From the NCBI RefSeq assembly GCF_006345805.1, contig NC_043013.1, forward strand, positions 4,836,001 through 4,900,000: DNA of 64,000 nt, read 5' to 3'. The notes under the pieces were generated by a model. That model was not told the origin of the DNA and ran no database searches. It saw only the letters and a list, made by a program, of their open reading frames with translations. Shown piece by piece: positions 63,245 to 64,000 of the stretch. Numbering within the stretch: the first letter of the stretch is position 1; each line of letters begins with the position of its first letter. The translations under genes were made by a program, and so were the position numbers. The DNA comes from Octopus sinensis (taxonomy: Eukaryota).

Positions 63245-63275
<31 letters not shown>

Positions 63276-64000
63276 CGTACATACATACAGAAATGTATAC
63301 GACCGTATTAAAAGATCAACTTAAATTAGACTCTTAAAAGCGAAGAATCTCCGGTTAGTTGTTCAAAAGTTCGAAAAAACCACACTCCAAAAAAAAAATC
63401 TTTTGAGTAGTAATGTTCAATGTCTTGTCCCGGCATAAAGGAGATGCAATCATATATATTTAAAATCTTTGAAAGCTCTCTATTTGGTGGGGGGGAAAAT
63501 ATCTGAAGATTTAAAATACTCAGTGGTTGGAAGGAATTTAACAAGACCTCCCTTGTTATAATAATTAATTTTCATTCATTGAAATTGTGCTTTTGTTTTG
63601 ACGGGACGTTATCTGGCTCCGCGCCAACATTTACGTTACACGTGCAAGATTTGTTTATAATCAGTAAAACGGATACCTCAGTGTTAAAGCTTATCAAAAA
63701 ATATCTTGTAAAGCGGCGAGATAAGCTGACTGTTAGCTTGCCAGACTTAAGTGGCATTTAGTCTGTCTGTACGTTGTAAGTTCAAACTCCGCTGGCATCG
63801 GCTTTGCCTTTCATCTTTTCAGGGTCGATAAAAAAAAAAAAGTACCAGTCAACTGTAGCAAAATTTGAAACCATTAATAAAAGCCTGTGCATTTAACAAA
63901 TAACTAAGGAACAAACTTAGTCTCAGCGGGGTGAGGTACAAGGTTAGGGTTGTGAAGTTCTTGTTTCAATAATTTTTTGTGTTCGAACGGTATGCTGTCT

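Overview
AT-rich, repeat-dense eukaryotic genomic DNA, most likely from an octopod cephalopod (inferred from the SINE/RTE/microsatellite landscape). Three host genes can be assembled by hand from GT-AG-bounded, phase-compatible exons. (1) The terminal exon of a probable CENP-N gene (+, 1815-1997). (2) A complete 10-exon METTL25B/RRNAD1 methyltransferase gene (-, CDS 34012 to 6095, 646 aa). (3) A complete SLC33A1/AT-1 acetyl-CoA transporter gene (+, 8 coding exons 39000-56637, 521 aa), head-to-head with METTL25B across a short CpG-rich promoter. Introns hold a 5'-truncated RTE LINE with an uninterrupted RT frame and many short copies of its 3' end, three tRNA-derived SINE families, a full-length decayed mellifera-like mariner, piggyBac-type and foldback MITEs, Helitrons, and Gypsy, CR1, HERO-like, CRE-like and Merlin-like relics, plus a solo LTR and a Penelope-type hammerhead ribozyme motif. 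The best leads are inverted repeats that bracket specific exons (circRNA/ADAR substrates), the hammerhead, the PHD finger and hairpin array of the RTE element, and the shared promoter with the SLC33A1 leader. Family names come from motif recall, not database searches. Repeat boundaries without a stated TSD are approximate. No prokaryotic features or CRISPR arrays were found.
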